A stretch of 17,786 nt of DNA from Macrostomum lignano (lineage: Eukaryota). This document shows, in pieces, positions 17,055 to 17,786 of this stretch; the stretch's first letter is position 1; each line of letters opens with the position of its first letter. Below the pieces are notes generated by a model that had not been told where the DNA came from, ran no database searches, and saw only the letters and a list, made by a program, of their open reading frames with translations. A program made the position numbers and the translations under genes. Where the stretch lies: the NCBI GenBank assembly GCA_002269645.1, contig NIVC01003774.1, positions 59,665-77,450 of the forward strand. Direction: 5' to 3'.

Positions 17055-17213
17055 GTGGCTGGCTGCCTGCACTATGTGGACCCTAACAATAATACTGAGA
17101 GCACTAATACCATTGAAGGATTTTCAGCACATGTGAAGGACAAATTCCAGAGGATATATGACCCATACATATAGGAAGATGGCCTTTTTCATGGAAAATT
17201 CTGGCACAAAAGG
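17055..17213 (+). mobile_element. Decayed Merlin / IS1595 (ISXO2-like) DDE transposase C-terminal fragment
   Basis: Translates VAGCLHYVDPNNNTESTNTIEGFSAHVKDKFQRIYDPYI*EDGLFHGKFWHKR, resembling the family motif VNHS..FVDP..G.HTNTIEGFWS..K...YL.EF.WR, with an in-frame TAG at 17172-17174. Match is from memory, not a search. Confidence 0.6.
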
Positions 17214-17786
17214 GAGCTGGATGTGCACCACACCAGCACATTCCATTGCAACAGTAGGAAAGGGAGAAAATCTGGCATAGTATGGCGCAAGACAAAAATG
17301 GCACAATCTGGTGCAAAACAAAACATTTGCCAAGACAATATTTTCTATGACAGAAATTAGCATGCTATTCTTTTTACTAGCACTTTTTTGCCAGTGTATT
17401 GATGTTTTCTTAATTAATATACATTAACATTATAAGCTTTACCTATATTTTTTAAATAGAAAATTACTGATTTTTGCATTTTTTCAAAGAGTAGCAATAT
17501 ATTGTGTGAGCAAACATTTTTGTTAGAAGTAGTTCTTGTGCATGGCACAAGCAAATTTTTGATAGGATTTGTTCCAGTGCACAGGTTAATCAAACGTTTT
17601 TTATCAGATTTTGTTCCGCATATACATGCCATGATCCTGATTTGGTGTGTGAACAATAATGCATTGTTTGAAACTTATCTAAATAAGTATCTCTAATACT
17701 ATCTTTTCCTAGAGAAATCATTTGGCAAATTCATATACTGGGTTGCCTACTATTATTGATTTCTGACTAGGCCTACATTAAATTTT

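Noticed and set aside
17104-17696. ORFs 17104..17316, 17124..17363, 17414..17656 and 17502..17696 as FBXL4 5' exons
   Set aside because: No similarity to the recalled FBXL4 N-terminus; the first two are antisense to the Merlin-like fragment.

Overview
Eukaryotic (metazoan) genomic DNA with GC-rich exons in very AT-rich, minisatellite-laden non-coding sequence. The style recalls free-living flatworms such as Macrostomum; this is inference only. Three conserved genes can be assembled by hand. (1) ATP6V0B/VMA16, V-ATPase c'' proteolipid, + strand, join(2241..2341,3051..3327,4364..4615), 209 aa; exon 1 is missing from the ORF track. (2) BBS1, BBSome subunit, + strand, join(7712..8124,9138..9619,9938..10695,11029..11199), 607 aa. 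(3) The 3' part of FBXL4, - strand, exons about 16511..16227, 16138..15707, 15465..15043 and 14619..14365, with two single-base deletions (about 15221 and 14465) that break the frame. Nine distinct tandem arrays (17-49 bp units) fill most introns and intergenic gaps. A hAT-like MITE lies at 562..995 and a decayed Merlin/IS1595-type transposase fragment at about 17055..17213. I see no convincing wholly new system. The most unusual signals are minisatellites built from or carrying RNA-processing signals: an FBXL4 intron made of tandem 3' splice sites, a BBS1 intron array that starts at the donor, and AATAAA variants inside a 765-bp higher-order repeat behind BBS1.
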